From positions 13,163-77,162 of the forward strand of contig JBBQUW010000009.1 of the NCBI GenBank assembly GCA_038212095.1: 64,000 nt of DNA, given 5' to 3'. The translations under genes were made by a program, and so were the position numbers. The stretch is from Gaiellales bacterium (GTDB taxonomy: Bacteria > Actinomycetota > Thermoleophilia > Gaiellales > JAICJC01). The notes beneath the pieces were generated by a model, which did not search any database, was not told the DNA's origin, and worked only from the letters and a program-made list of their open reading frames with translations. This document shows positions 19,306 through 27,804 of this stretch, in pieces. Position 1 is the stretch's first letter; each line of letters starts with the position of its first letter.

Positions 19306-20292
19306 TCACGCCTCCGACGGCTCGGGCGGCTCGGGCTTCGGCGGTCGCGCGGCTCGCTGCGCGGCGGGCTTGGTGCCGGCTGCCCCCTCGCTGAACGCGG
19401 CACCCAGACCGGCGATCGCACCCATCGCATCGGCCGCGCCGGTCGGCAGCAGCAGCAGCTTGTTGGCGTCTCCCGCGGCCACCGCCGGCAACGCCTCGAG
19501 ATACTTGTAGCCCAGCATGTCGCTTGGCCTGGTGCCCGTGCGCGAGACCATCTCGAAGATCTTGGTCAGCGCCTCGGCCTCGCCCTCGGCGCGCAGCGCG
19601 CGCGCCTTCTTCTCGCCCTCAGCGCGCAGCACGTTGGCCTGCTGTTCGGCCTCGGCGTTGAGGATCTGAGCCTGGCGCAGGCCCTCGGCGCGCAGGATCG
19701 CCGATTGCTTGTCCCCCTCGGCCTGCAGGATGGTTGCCCGCTTGGCGCGGTCGGCGCGCATCTGCTGCTCCATCGCCTCCTGGATCGTGCGCGGCGGGTC
19801 GATGCTCTTCAGCTCGACGCGGGTCACGCGCACACCCCACTTCTCGGTCGCCTCGTCCAGCACCGTGCGCAGCTGGGTGTTGATCATGTCGCGACTGGTC
19901 AGCGTCTCCTCCAGCGTCATCGCACCCACCACGTTGCGCAGGGTCGTGATTGCCAGCTGCTCCATAGCCTGCAGCACGTTTGCCACCTCGTACGTGGCCC
20001 GGAACGGATCGGTGACCTGGTAGTAGACGACGATGTCGATGCCGATGGTGACGTTGTCCTGCGTGATAACCGGCTGGGGCGCGAACGCCTGCACCGTCTC
20101 GCGCATGTCGACCACGGCGGTGATCCGGTCGAGCATCGGCAGGATCACGTGCAGTCCGGGGGCGAGGGTGGCGCGATACTTGCCCCACCGCTCGACAACC
20201 CCGACACGCGCCTGACGGACGATCCGCACCGACGAGAATACGACCAGGATTGCGAATGCGGCCAGAACCAGTGCGACGATCAACGGTGCCAT
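19306..20292 (-). CDS. SPFH/band-7 (stomatin-like) protein
   Basis: start ATG 20292 (MAPLIVALVLAAFAILVVFSSVRIVRQARVGVVERWGKY); coiled LRAEG repeats at C-term; 1-nt overlap with nfeD stop; ORF-track start 20421 rejected. Confidence 0.88.
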   Translation of the reverse strand: MAPLIVALVLAAFAILVVFSSVRIVRQARVGVVERWGKYRATLAPGLHVILPMLDRITAVVDMRETVQAFAPQPVITQDNVTIGIDIVVYYQVTDPFRATYEVANVLQAMEQLAITTLRNVVGAMTLEETLTSRDMINTQLRTVLDEATEKWGVRVTRVELKSIDPPRTIQEAMEQQMRADRAKRATILQAEGDKQSAILRAEGLRQAQILNAEAEQQANVLRAEGEKKARALRAEGEAEALTKIFEMVSRTGTRPSDMLGYKYLEALPAVAAGDANKLLLLPTGAADAMGAIAGLGAAFSEGAAGTKPAAQRAARPPKPEPPEPSEA

Positions 20293-20759
20293 CAGGTCTC
20301 CTCTTGCAGTTGCTCGGTTGGCGCGGGGATCACCAGAGCGGTGACGCCGCGAATCTCGACCACCTCGACGCGCGTGCCGGCGGCGATTGGCTCGTGCTCG
20401 AAGTAGCTGCCGGCCGTCCACATCTCGCCGCCGATCTTGACCAGCCCCGTCTCGAGCTCGCCGATGTCCTTGGTGACAAGCCCGACCTTGCCCGGCATGG
20501 CGTCAACGCCGCTGGGTACGGTGGCGCTGGATACTCCGGCGATCCGCTTCAGCTGCGGCCGGGTCAGCACCAGGCCGCCGACCGATATCAGGCCGAACGC
20601 GATGATCTGCAGCGGCGCCCCGACGCCGGCCGCCGCCAGGCCGGCGACGATGCCCGCCGCGACGCCGAAGTAGATCGTGAAGAACGCGGCCGTGGTGGCC
20701 TCGACGGCGAGCATCGCCACGGCGATCACCACCCATACCGCCCATGCGGGAACATCCAT
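20292..20759 (-). CDS. NfeD-family membrane protein
   Basis: 155 aa; 3-4 TM then OB-like C-domain GKVGLVTKDIGELETGLVKIGGEMWTA; canonical partner of SPFH genes. Confidence 0.85.
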   Translation of the reverse strand: MDVPAWAVWVVIAVAMLAVEATTAAFFTIYFGVAAGIVAGLAAAGVGAPLQIIAFGLISVGGLVLTRPQLKRIAGVSSATVPSGVDAMPGKVGLVTKDIGELETGLVKIGGEMWTAGSYFEHEPIAAGTRVEVVEIRGVTALVIPAPTEQLQEET

Positions 20760-20765
20760 GGCAGT

Positions 20766-20771
20766 AGCTTA
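20766..20771 (-). promoter_or_regulatory. -10-like hexamer, leaderless nfeD
   Basis: minus strand TAAGCT, 6 nt, ATG 20759. Confidence 0.3.
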
Positions 20772-20855
20772 GAGCGCGCGAACGCGCGCCGCCCCTCGGC
20801 CGCCGCCGCCCGTCGCATCGGCTGACGACACGCGGGGGCAGGATCACGCGCTACC

Positions 20856-22040
20856 GTGGTCGTCGTGCGCATCGAGCAGATCACCGACGCCGCCGGCGTG
20901 GAGTCGCTGCTGGCCGACGCTCGCTCCGCCGGGCGCTGCGCCCTCGACACCGAATTCGTCTGGGAGCGGACATACGCCCCGGTGCTGTGTCTGGTGCAGA
21001 TCGCGACCCCCGAGCGGCTGGCGGTTATCGATCCGCTTTTGGGTGCGCCGCTGGAACCGGTCGCACGGCTGATCGCCGACGGCTCGGTGCGCAAGGCGAT
21101 GCACGCCCCGTCGGGTGACCTGACCGGGTTTGCGCTGCACTTCGGCACGTCCGCTGCAGCGGTGTTCGACGCGCAGCTGGCGGCCGGGTTCGCGGGCCAC
21201 GGCGGCTCGCTATCGCTGGAGCGGATGCTCGATCACTCGATCGGCGTGCGGCTGAAACATGCCGAAGGCTTCAGCGACTGGTCGAAGCGGCCGCTGACCG
21301 ACCTGCAGCTGGCGTACGCCGCGGACGACGTGCGACATCTGCTGGCGGCGATGGATGCGCTCGAGCGGCGGCTGACGGAGCTGGGCCGCGACCGCTGGGC
21401 GAACGAGGAGATGGAGCGGCGCTACGGCGCCGGCGCGCAGCTGGTGCAGGATCCGCAGCAGGCATGGCGCCGGGTGGGCGGCCGGGGCAAGCTGCGCGGC
21501 GAGCAGCTGGCCGCACTGGTCACGGTGGCCGCGTGGCGTGAGACGGAGGCTCGCCGCCGCGACATCCCCACCGGGTGGCTGGTGCGCGACCCGACCTTGA
21601 TCGAGCTTGCGCGACGACGACCGGCGACGGCGGCTGAGGCGCAGCAGGTCCGTGGCCTGCAGCTGAAGCGCGGACCGCAGCTGGACGGCCTGATCGAGGC
21701 GCTGGCGGGTGTCGACGGGCCGATGCCGGAGCGCCCACCGGAGCTGGGGTCCGAGATGCGAAACCGGGTCAAGGTGGTGCTGCCGCTGGCCAGCGCGGTG
21801 CTGCAGGCGGCCTGCGCAGAGGCCGGCATCGCGTCCGAGCTGGTGGCCACCCGCGACGATCTCGAGTCCCTGATCCGGGCGGTGAGCGAGGACGACGCGG
21901 TCGATCACCCGCTGCTCTCCGGGTGGCGCCGCGAGCTGGCTGGGGAGCCGCTGCTGCGGCTGCTGCGGGGCGAGGTCACGCTTCGAGTGGTACCCGGCCC
22001 GCCGCACGTCGCCGGGCAGCCGCCCGTCGGCGAGGCCTAA
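20856..22040 (+). CDS. rnd: ribonuclease D
   Basis: 394 aa; DEDD exonuclease motifs ALDTEFVWERTY, HAPSGDL, YAADDVRHL; HRDC-like C-terminal region. Confidence 0.85.
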   Translation: MVVVRIEQITDAAGVESLLADARSAGRCALDTEFVWERTYAPVLCLVQIATPERLAVIDPLLGAPLEPVARLIADGSVRKAMHAPSGDLTGFALHFGTSAAAVFDAQLAAGFAGHGGSLSLERMLDHSIGVRLKHAEGFSDWSKRPLTDLQLAYAADDVRHLLAAMDALERRLTELGRDRWANEEMERRYGAGAQLVQDPQQAWRRVGGRGKLRGEQLAALVTVAAWRETEARRRDIPTGWLVRDPTLIELARRRPATAAEAQQVRGLQLKRGPQLDGLIEALAGVDGPMPERPPELGSEMRNRVKVVLPLASAVLQAACAEAGIASELVATRDDLESLIRAVSEDDAVDHPLLSGWRRELAGEPLLRLLRGEVTLRVVPGPPHVAGQPPVGEA

Positions 22041-22047
22041 CCGGGCC

Positions 22048-23757
22048 GTGATCGGCCGGCAGCCGGCCAGCGACGGCATCCGCCCAGCGGTGGCGTTGTT
22101 CCTGGGCGCCTCGGCGATGTTCGCGAACATGTATGCCACCCAGGCCATCCTGCCCGACATCGAGCACGCGCTGAACGTCTCGCCCGCGGCGGCCGGCCTC
22201 TCGATCACAGTGGTGGTGGTCGGTGTCGCGCTGGGCAGCTGGGTGCACGGGCCGCTGTCTGACCGGATCGGCCGCGCCCGCGTGATGGCGGCGTCGGCTG
22301 GGCTGCTGGTGGTACCGACGGTGCTGCTCGGCTTCGCGCCCAACCTGGCCGTGCTGCTGGCGCTGCGGGGAGTTCAGGGGCTGCTGATGCCGGGGCTGCT
22401 GGTGGTCGCGGTGCCCTACGTCAGCGAACGGTTCCGCGGCCGGGTGGCCGGCGCAGCGATGGGCGCCTACACCGCCTCGCTGGTGTTCGGCGGGTTCGTC
22501 GGTCGGGTCGGCACCGCGCTGGTGGCGGAGCAGGTGGGCTGGCGCTCGGCGCTCGAGCTGTTGACGCTGCCGACCGTGCTGGGCGCAGCGGCGATGTGGC
22601 GATGGCTGCCCCGCGACACGCCCAGCCACAGTGGCCGGCGCCTGAGGGGCGCGATCGGATCCCAGCTGCGAAACCGGCTGCTGCTCCTGAACGCGCTCTG
22701 TGCGGCCAGCGTCTTCTTTGGCTTCGTGGGCGTGTTCACCTATGCCACCTATCGCCTGATGTCGCCCCAGGCCACCTATCGCCTGATGTCGCCCCAGATC
22801 GGCCTCGGGCTGGGTGGTGCCGGGCTGGTCTACGGCGTCTGGCTGGTGGGCGTGCTGGTGCCGGCGGCCGGCGCGCTGGCGCACCGCGTGGGACCGCAAC
22901 GTCTGCTGCCAGGCCTGATCGCGCTCGAGCTGGCCGGCGTGGCGATGACCGCGGTCGATCACCTGGCCGTGATCGTGGCCGGGCTCGGCCTGATGGCGTT
23001 CGCGATGTTCTCCACGGTCACCACCTGCCAGCTCCTGATTCCACGACTGGTCGATCGCGACCGCGGGTCGGCGACCAGCCTGCACCTGACGGTCTACTAC
23101 CTCGGCGGCGGGCTTGGCGCCTACCTGCCCGGCCTGCTGCTCGACCGTGGCTGGGGCCGGCTGGTGGCGCTGTGCGCGGGTTCGGTGGCGCTGGGGCTGG
23201 CCGGCGCGCTAGTGCTGCGGATGCGGCTGGCCGGTGCGCCGCCGGGTCATCGACCGGCCGGTCACAGGCCGAGTCGTGGCCCTCCTGAAGGCGCCTTAGC
23301 GGGTCAGCGCGCCCACCGCACGGCAGGCGTGCAGCGTGAAGTCGAGCCCGTATGCCAGGTCGTCAACGTGGATCCGTTCGTCGCGGTTGTGCATGCCGTT
23401 GTAGATCACGTCCAGCGGCGTGTGCCTGACCGGCCACAGGCCGTACGCGGCGGTGCCGAACGCCTCCCGCAGGAAGTGGGAGTCGGTGAATCCGGTCGAG
23501 AGGGTGGGCAGCAACACTGCACCCGGATCGCGCTGGTCGAGGAAGTCCTGGCAGATGCGGTAGAGCTCGGTGTCGACGGTGGCAACGCTGCCGCCCATCG
23601 GTGGCTCGACGAACTCCAGCTCGTAGGGCAGGTCGTCGCCCAGCGCCGCTCGCAGCTCCGCCTCCAGCTGCTCGGGGGTGTCACCCGGCAGGATGCGGCA
23701 GTCGCACTCCACCGAAGCCCGTCCCGGCATCACGTTGCGAGCCGAGGATCCGTATAG
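22048..23757 (+). CDS. MFS transporter with in-frame 9-aa duplication and a ~150-aa stop-less tail antisense to the peptidase gene
   Basis: GPLSDRIGRARVM motif A; 12th helix ends near 23230 but first in-frame stop is 23757; tail is antisense-translation-like. Confidence 0.7.
   Translation: MIGRQPASDGIRPAVALFLGASAMFANMYATQAILPDIEHALNVSPAAAGLSITVVVVGVALGSWVHGPLSDRIGRARVMAASAGLLVVPTVLLGFAPNLAVLLALRGVQGLLMPGLLVVAVPYVSERFRGRVAGAAMGAYTASLVFGGFVGRVGTALVAEQVGWRSALELLTLPTVLGAAAMWRWLPRDTPSHSGRRLRGAIGSQLRNRLLLLNALCAASVFFGFVGVFTYATYRLMSPQATYRLMSPQIGLGLGGAGLVYGVWLVGVLVPAAGALAHRVGPQRLLPGLIALELAGVAMTAVDHLAVIVAGLGLMAFAMFSTVTTCQLLIPRLVDRDRGSATSLHLTVYYLGGGLGAYLPGLLLDRGWGRLVALCAGSVALGLAGALVLRMRLAGAPPGHRPAGHRPSRGPPEGALAGQRAHRTAGVQREVEPVCQVVNVDPFVAVVHAVVDHVQRRVPDRPQAVRGGAERLPQEVGVGESGREGGQQHCTRIALVEEVLADAVELGVDGGNAAAHRWLDELQLVGQVVAQRRSQLRLQLLGGVTRQDAAVALHRSPSRHHVASRGSV
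22744..22797 (+). repeat. perfect 27-bp tandem duplication inside MFS gene
   Basis: gccacctatcgcctgatgtcgccccag x2 (22744-22770, 22771-22797) -> ATYRLMSPQATYRLMSPQ. Confidence 0.95.
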
Positions 23758-24618
23758 CCGGGTGGGTGCGATCGTGGCTGAGAACAGCGGCGGGATCTGG
23801 ATCGGGAAGCCGGGGTGCAACGCACACGCGCGCTCGATCGCCGCGTCCAGATCGTCTCCCACCTCGCCCAGCAGCGCCTCCAACGTTGCCCGCGTCTCGG
23901 GTAGCAGCCGCCGGCTGGGGCGGTAGCCGGCCAGCCGCTCGATCAGGGTGGCCAGCCGGGGCACCGCGTTCGCGCCGATGTCGGGTGTGGAGGCGTGGCC
24001 GGCCTCGCCCAGTGCGGTCACCATCACCGGCAGGCAGGTCTTCTCGCCGATGCAGATGGGCACCACCACGCGGCCGTCGACCAGCACGCGGCGATCGCCG
24101 CCGCCCTCGTTGATCGCGAAGTCGGTGGCCAGGTCGGGTCGCTGCTCGACCAGCCACACCATGCCCACCGGGTGGGTGCCGTCCTCCTCATCCGCCTCGG
24201 CGATGTAGATCAGGTCGCCGTTGGGCCGGAAGCCCTCGCGGGCCAGCACCGCCATCGCCACCGCCCGCGTCGCGGTCTCGTTCTTCATGTCCACGGCGCC
24301 GCGGCCCCAGAGATAGCCGTCGTCGTCCAGATCGGCCGCGAACGGCGGATGCTGCCAGGCCTGGGCATCGGCCGGCACGACATCGGTGTGGCCGAGCAGC
24401 GCCATCGAGGGGCCGCTGCCGTTGCCGGGGATGCGGGCGATCAGGTTCGCGCGGTCCGGTTCGCGGGCGACCAGTTCACACTCGAGCCCGTTCGCCTCCA
24501 GGTAGCGCTTCAGCACCATGGCGGCCGGTGTCTCGTTACCGGGCGGGTTGGACGAGTCGACCCTGATCAGATCTCGCGTGAGGCTGATCGCCTCGTCGCG
24601 CAGCGCGTTGTCGATCAT
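23296..24618 (-). CDS. M20-family metallopeptidase (ArgE/DapE/ACY1-like)
   Basis: 440 aa; LLGHTDVVPA, GRGAVDMKNE, ADEEDG, dimerisation insert. Confidence 0.85.
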   Translation of the reverse strand: MIDNALRDEAISLTRDLIRVDSSNPPGNETPAAMVLKRYLEANGLECELVAREPDRANLIARIPGNGSGPSMALLGHTDVVPADAQAWQHPPFAADLDDDGYLWGRGAVDMKNETATRAVAMAVLAREGFRPNGDLIYIAEADEEDGTHPVGMVWLVEQRPDLATDFAINEGGGDRRVLVDGRVVVPICIGEKTCLPVMVTALGEAGHASTPDIGANAVPRLATLIERLAGYRPSRRLLPETRATLEALLGEVGDDLDAAIERACALHPGFPIQIPPLFSATIAPTRLYGSSARNVMPGRASVECDCRILPGDTPEQLEAELRAALGDDLPYELEFVEPPMGGSVATVDTELYRICQDFLDQRDPGAVLLPTLSTGFTDSHFLREAFGTAAYGLWPVRHTPLDVIYNGMHNRDERIHVDDLAYGLDFTLHACRAVGALTR

Positions 24619-24624
24619 GGCGTG

Positions 24625-24630
24625 AGCGTA
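24625..24630 (-). promoter_or_regulatory. -10-like hexamer, leaderless M20 gene
   Basis: minus strand TACGCT, 6 nt, ATG 24618. Confidence 0.3.
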
Positions 24631-24684
24631 CAGGGTCGCGGCCGCCGCTTGCGCGGGTGTGCGTCACGAGGCAGGATTCCGGCC

Positions 24685-25080
24685 ATGAACCGTGCCCGCC
24701 TTGACGTGCCCCGGCTGCTCTTCACCTGGCTGGTCGACTCGGTCGCGCTGGCAGCCGCGGTGTGGCTTGTGGGCGGCGTCCGCTCCAGCAGCACGGTCGC
24801 GATCATCGCTGCCGGGCTCGTGTTCGGTCTCGCCAGCACCTACGTCAAGCCGGTGCTGGTGGTGATCGGGGTGCCGTTCATCATCACGCTGGGCATCGGC
24901 CTGTTTCTGATCAACATGCTGATCATCTGGCTGACCGCGACCCTCGTGCCCGGATTCGACGCCGCCGGTTTCTGGCCGATCGCCAAGGCGGCGGTCGTGA
25001 TCTGGCTGGTGAACATGCTACTGGGCGGCTTCTGGCCCGAGCGGCAACGCCGCGGTCCGCTCAGCGTCCGGATGCGTTAG
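24685..25080 (+). CDS. 4-TM membrane protein of the DUF360 / holin-4_2-like family
   Basis: ATG 24685; MNRARLDVPRLLFTWLVDSVALAAAVWLV...PVLVVIGVPFIITLGIGLFLINMLIIWL pattern typical of that family. Confidence 0.65.
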   Translation: MNRARLDVPRLLFTWLVDSVALAAAVWLVGGVRSSSTVAIIAAGLVFGLASTYVKPVLVVIGVPFIITLGIGLFLINMLIIWLTATLVPGFDAAGFWPIAKAAVVIWLVNMLLGGFWPERQRRGPLSVRMR

Positions 25081-26210
25081 CCGTGCATCACCAGGTCGCG
25101 CTCGGGCGCGATGCCCCAGCGCTCGGCCACCGCCCGCAACTGCTCGTCGAGCGGCCACGCGTCGGCGCGGGCATCGCCCGCGTGCGCGGCTGAGCCGCCC
25201 TTCAATGCCATGCAGCCGGTGTTGTCCCCGACCGCATCGATCACCGAAAGCTCGTCGTCACTCAGCACCGGGCCGGCCGGCGTCGCGGCCAGCTCTGCCC
25301 GCTTCTGCTCGATCGGCTTGGCCGTTGCTCCGGCCTCCTGGATCAGCGTCGGGGCGACGCAGCTGACGGCCGGCTGGGCCAGCGTCCAGGAGGCGGCCAG
25401 CTGCAGCGGTGTGAGGCCGTGGCGGTCGCCGATCGGCCGGATCTGGTCGAGCTTTGCGCGAGCCGCAGCCACCCACCCGGCGGGCCGGAAGCTGCGGTGG
25501 TCGCGGTCGGGAAACGCGCCCTCGTCCGGCGCGTCGTCCCAGAACACGCCGCCGTAGTCGACCACGCGTGCGATCACGCGGGTGCCGGCGCGTGCGCATG
25601 CCGGGAGCGCCAGCCGCCCCGGCCACGGCTCGAACGGGTTGAGGATCAGCATCGCCCAGTCGATCCGATCGCCGAACCGCTCCAGGCACGAGATCACGTC
25701 CAGCGTGAACCCGTTTGCCGGTCCCGGAGCGACGCCCAGCTCACTCGCCAGCCCGGCGTCGCGCAGCGCGGCCATGCCGTCCCAGACGGCCGGCGAGGAG
25801 TAGCCGACGTGATCCGGGTTGTGCAGCATCAGCACGTCGAAGCGGTCGACCCCGCACCGTTCCAGGCTGCGCTCGGTGGCGCGGCGCAGGTAGCCGGCGT
25901 AGTCCTCGGAACCGCGCAGGGCGGGGTCGGTGAAACGTGGAAACCCCTTCGCCCCCGCGCGCTCGCCGTCGTAGAAGTCGTGCCCGACCATGCCCACCAG
26001 CCGGTAGCTGTCGCGCGGCAGACCGGCAAGGGCGGCGCCGACCGCCGTGTCGGCTGCACCGGTGCCGTACACGTCGGCCGTGATCACGGCCGCGATGTCG
26101 GCGCCGGGCCGCAGCAGCGCGGTCATCCGCTGCGGCTCGATCGGCAGGCCGAAGTGCATGTGGACGCCGCCGCTCCAGGCACCTAGCGCCGTATGGCCGA
26201 GGTCGCTCAT
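25077..26210 (-). CDS. aldo/keto reductase family oxidoreductase
   Basis: ITADVYGTGAADTAVGAAL, VLMLHNPD, (alpha/beta)8-type periodicity; start ATG 26210 supported by TACGCT 6 nt upstream. Confidence 0.75.
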   Translation of the reverse strand: MSDLGHTALGAWSGGVHMHFGLPIEPQRMTALLRPGADIAAVITADVYGTGAADTAVGAALAGLPRDSYRLVGMVGHDFYDGERAGAKGFPRFTDPALRGSEDYAGYLRRATERSLERCGVDRFDVLMLHNPDHVGYSSPAVWDGMAALRDAGLASELGVAPGPANGFTLDVISCLERFGDRIDWAMLILNPFEPWPGRLALPACARAGTRVIARVVDYGGVFWDDAPDEGAFPDRDHRSFRPAGWVAAARAKLDQIRPIGDRHGLTPLQLAASWTLAQPAVSCVAPTLIQEAGATAKPIEQKRAELAATPAGPVLSDDELSVIDAVGDNTGCMALKGGSAAHAGDARADAWPLDEQLRAVAERWGIAPERDLVMHG

Positions 26211-26216
26211 CAGCTC

Positions 26217-26222
26217 AGCGTA
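26217..26222 (-). promoter_or_regulatory. -10-like hexamer, leaderless AKR gene
   Basis: minus strand TACGCT, 6 nt, ATG 26210 (identical hexamer/spacing to M20 gene). Confidence 0.3.
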
Positions 26223-26479
26223 GCCCGTCCGGCCGCTGGCCCGCCGTCGGGTACGCATGGTGGCCGCCAGCCGTCAGGGCGCTCGGAGGATCGCAGACCT
26301 GCGTCAGTGGCGTTGCGCCTTGCGCGGATCGCTCACCGCTGATAGCGCCGCTTCTCTAGCACCACGACAGCCTACGCCCGTTCGGTGCCGGCGCTGACTA
26401 CGCCATCAACTCTCTCGCGCTACGGGATGGCGTCGAACCCGGCCCAGATTCGGGCAGCTACAACGGGGCGGGATGCCGC

Positions 26480-26914
26480 TCAGCCTCCCAGGTTGATGCC
26501 GCAGCCCGACGCGGATGCGACCAGAGCCCCTACGATCGGGCTCTCGTCGAAGTGGTCGATTCCGTGACCGTCCCCGAGCACGCGGTCGTTCGGATTGTTG
26601 TGGGCGATCACGCCGTTCTTCCCGGCCACTCCGATCCCCAGTGCGAACCACTGCGGCTCCCCCGTGGATGCATACGCGGAGACGAAGCACGCGACCTGCG
26701 CGGGCGTTGCGGACACCTGGATATTGCCGAGCGTCTGTTCGGCTGCCGAGACAGAGCTGAAGTCGAACAAGAGCCACCTACCGCCGTGAGACGTCGAGCT
26801 GATCAGTCCCTGGTGCGAGGACGAGACGCGGATGCAGTCGAACGCAGACGCCGAGCTAGCTGAGATCAGCGAGACGGCGGCGACAACGAGCACGGGAAGG
26901 ATACGGCGCTTCAT
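26480..26914 (-). CDS. secreted hypothetical protein (lower-GC gene)
   Basis: MKRRILPVLVVAAVSLISASSASA signal peptide; Cys-containing ~120-aa mature part with no recognised motif; visibly lower GC than neighbours. Confidence 0.6.
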   Translation of the reverse strand: MKRRILPVLVVAAVSLISASSASAFDCIRVSSSHQGLISSTSHGGRWLLFDFSSVSAAEQTLGNIQVSATPAQVACFVSAYASTGEPQWFALGIGVAGKNGVIAHNNPNDRVLGDGHGIDHFDESPIVGALVASASGCGINLGG

Positions 26915-26950
26915 CGGATACCCCCATCGTCGAAGACACAAAGCGCGCCA

Positions 26951-26979
26951 AGTATGCGATCGGCGCGGCAGACTGTCAA
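26951..26979 (-). promoter_or_regulatory. near-consensus sigma70 promoter of secreted-protein gene
   Basis: minus strand TTGACA-17 nt-CATACT, ~30 nt upstream of ATG 26914. Confidence 0.45.
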
Positions 26980-27125
26980 CCGCGGCATACGGTCGTGGCG
27001 GTATGGCGTACGGGACGGTGTCGGGGTCGCGTATCCTCGGCAGACGTCAACCCGGGGGGAATAGATCGAGAAGGAGGCTAAGATGGCTCGTAAGCCGTGC
27101 AACCAAGCCAAAGGCGGCGATCCCC

Positions 27126-27198
27126 GCCCCCGTAGCTCAGGGGATAGAGCAGTGGTTTCCTAAACCGCGTGTCGCATGTTCGAGTCATGCCGGGGGCG
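27126..27198 (+). tRNA. tRNA-Arg (anticodon CCU)
   Basis: Manual cloverleaf: acceptor GCCCCCG/CGGGGGC, D arm GCTC-AGGGGATA-GAGC, anticodon arm GTGGT-TTCCTAA-ACCGC, variable GTGTC, T arm GCATG-TTCGAGT-CATGC, discriminator G; CCA not encoded. Confidence 0.9.
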
Positions 27199-27385
27199 TC
27201 TATCCATACCGTTGCCATCTGCGGCGATCGGGGCGGTTGAGGGAGCCGGTGCCAACCGGTAGACTCGTCGCTCAGCGACACGGGAGCAGCCGATGACGAT
27301 CGCCACAGCAAACGACCCCATCTCACGGGCTCTCAGCCTCGGCACCAAGTCCGACGCCGCCGCCTAGGCGGACGTACTGGCGACG

Positions 27386-27772
27386 GTGCCGCTGTTCGCC
27401 GGCATCTCTCCGCGGCAGTTGCGCAAGGTGGCGGAGAAGGCGAGGACGAAGCGCTACGCCGATCTGACGGCGATCGTCCGAGCCGGTGACCCGGGCGATG
27501 CCTTCTACGTCATCCTGGACGGCAACGCGACCGTCAGGAAGCCGGGCAAGCGCGCGATCAAGCTCGGCCCGGGCGACTTCTTCGGCGAGCTGGCGCTGCT
27601 CGATGCCACGCCCCGCACGGCGACGGTGGAGGCGGACGGCGAGGTGCTGACGATGCGGCTCGGCTGCAGCGCGTTTCAGAAGGTGCTCGAGAGCGAGCCC
27701 AAGGTCGCGATCGCGATGCTTCGCGCGCTGGCAGCGCGGGCGCGCGAGTCCAGCCCCTCCCCGTCTGACTAG
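27386..27772 (+). CDS. stand-alone cyclic-nucleotide-binding domain protein
   Basis: 128 aa; FAGISPRQLRKVA...GDPGDAFYVILDG...GDFFGELALLD..PRTATV = cNMP-binding beta-barrel signature; no HTH or other output domain. Confidence 0.8.
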   Translation: MPLFAGISPRQLRKVAEKARTKRYADLTAIVRAGDPGDAFYVILDGNATVRKPGKRAIKLGPGDFFGELALLDATPRTATVEADGEVLTMRLGCSAFQKVLESEPKVAIAMLRALAARARESSPSPSD

Positions 27773-27804
27773 CTCCGGGCGTCCGCCCGATCCGCCTGTC
27801 CCGT

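Noticed and set aside
20774-20789. Perfect palindrome GCGCGCG-AA-CGCGCGC between nfeD and rnd
   Set aside because: It is a pure G/C palindrome of low information content in a ~70 % GC genome. An operator role cannot be ruled out, but nothing else supports it.
26400-26470. GGGTTCGACGCC and GTAGCTG motifs on the minus strand that resemble tRNA T-loop and D-arm fragments
   Set aside because: I could not build complementary T, anticodon or acceptor stems. The stretch also shows no similarity to the 3' end of the adjacent tRNA-Arg, so there is no evidence for a tRNA remnant or att site.
27083-27163. 26-codon ORF with a perfect GAAGGAGG ribosome-binding site 6 nt upstream (MARKPCNQAKGGD...)
   Set aside because: It reads straight into and through the D and anticodon arms of tRNA-Arg. 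It is most likely a chance Shine-Dalgarno-like sequence in the tRNA promoter or leader region. There is no independent support.
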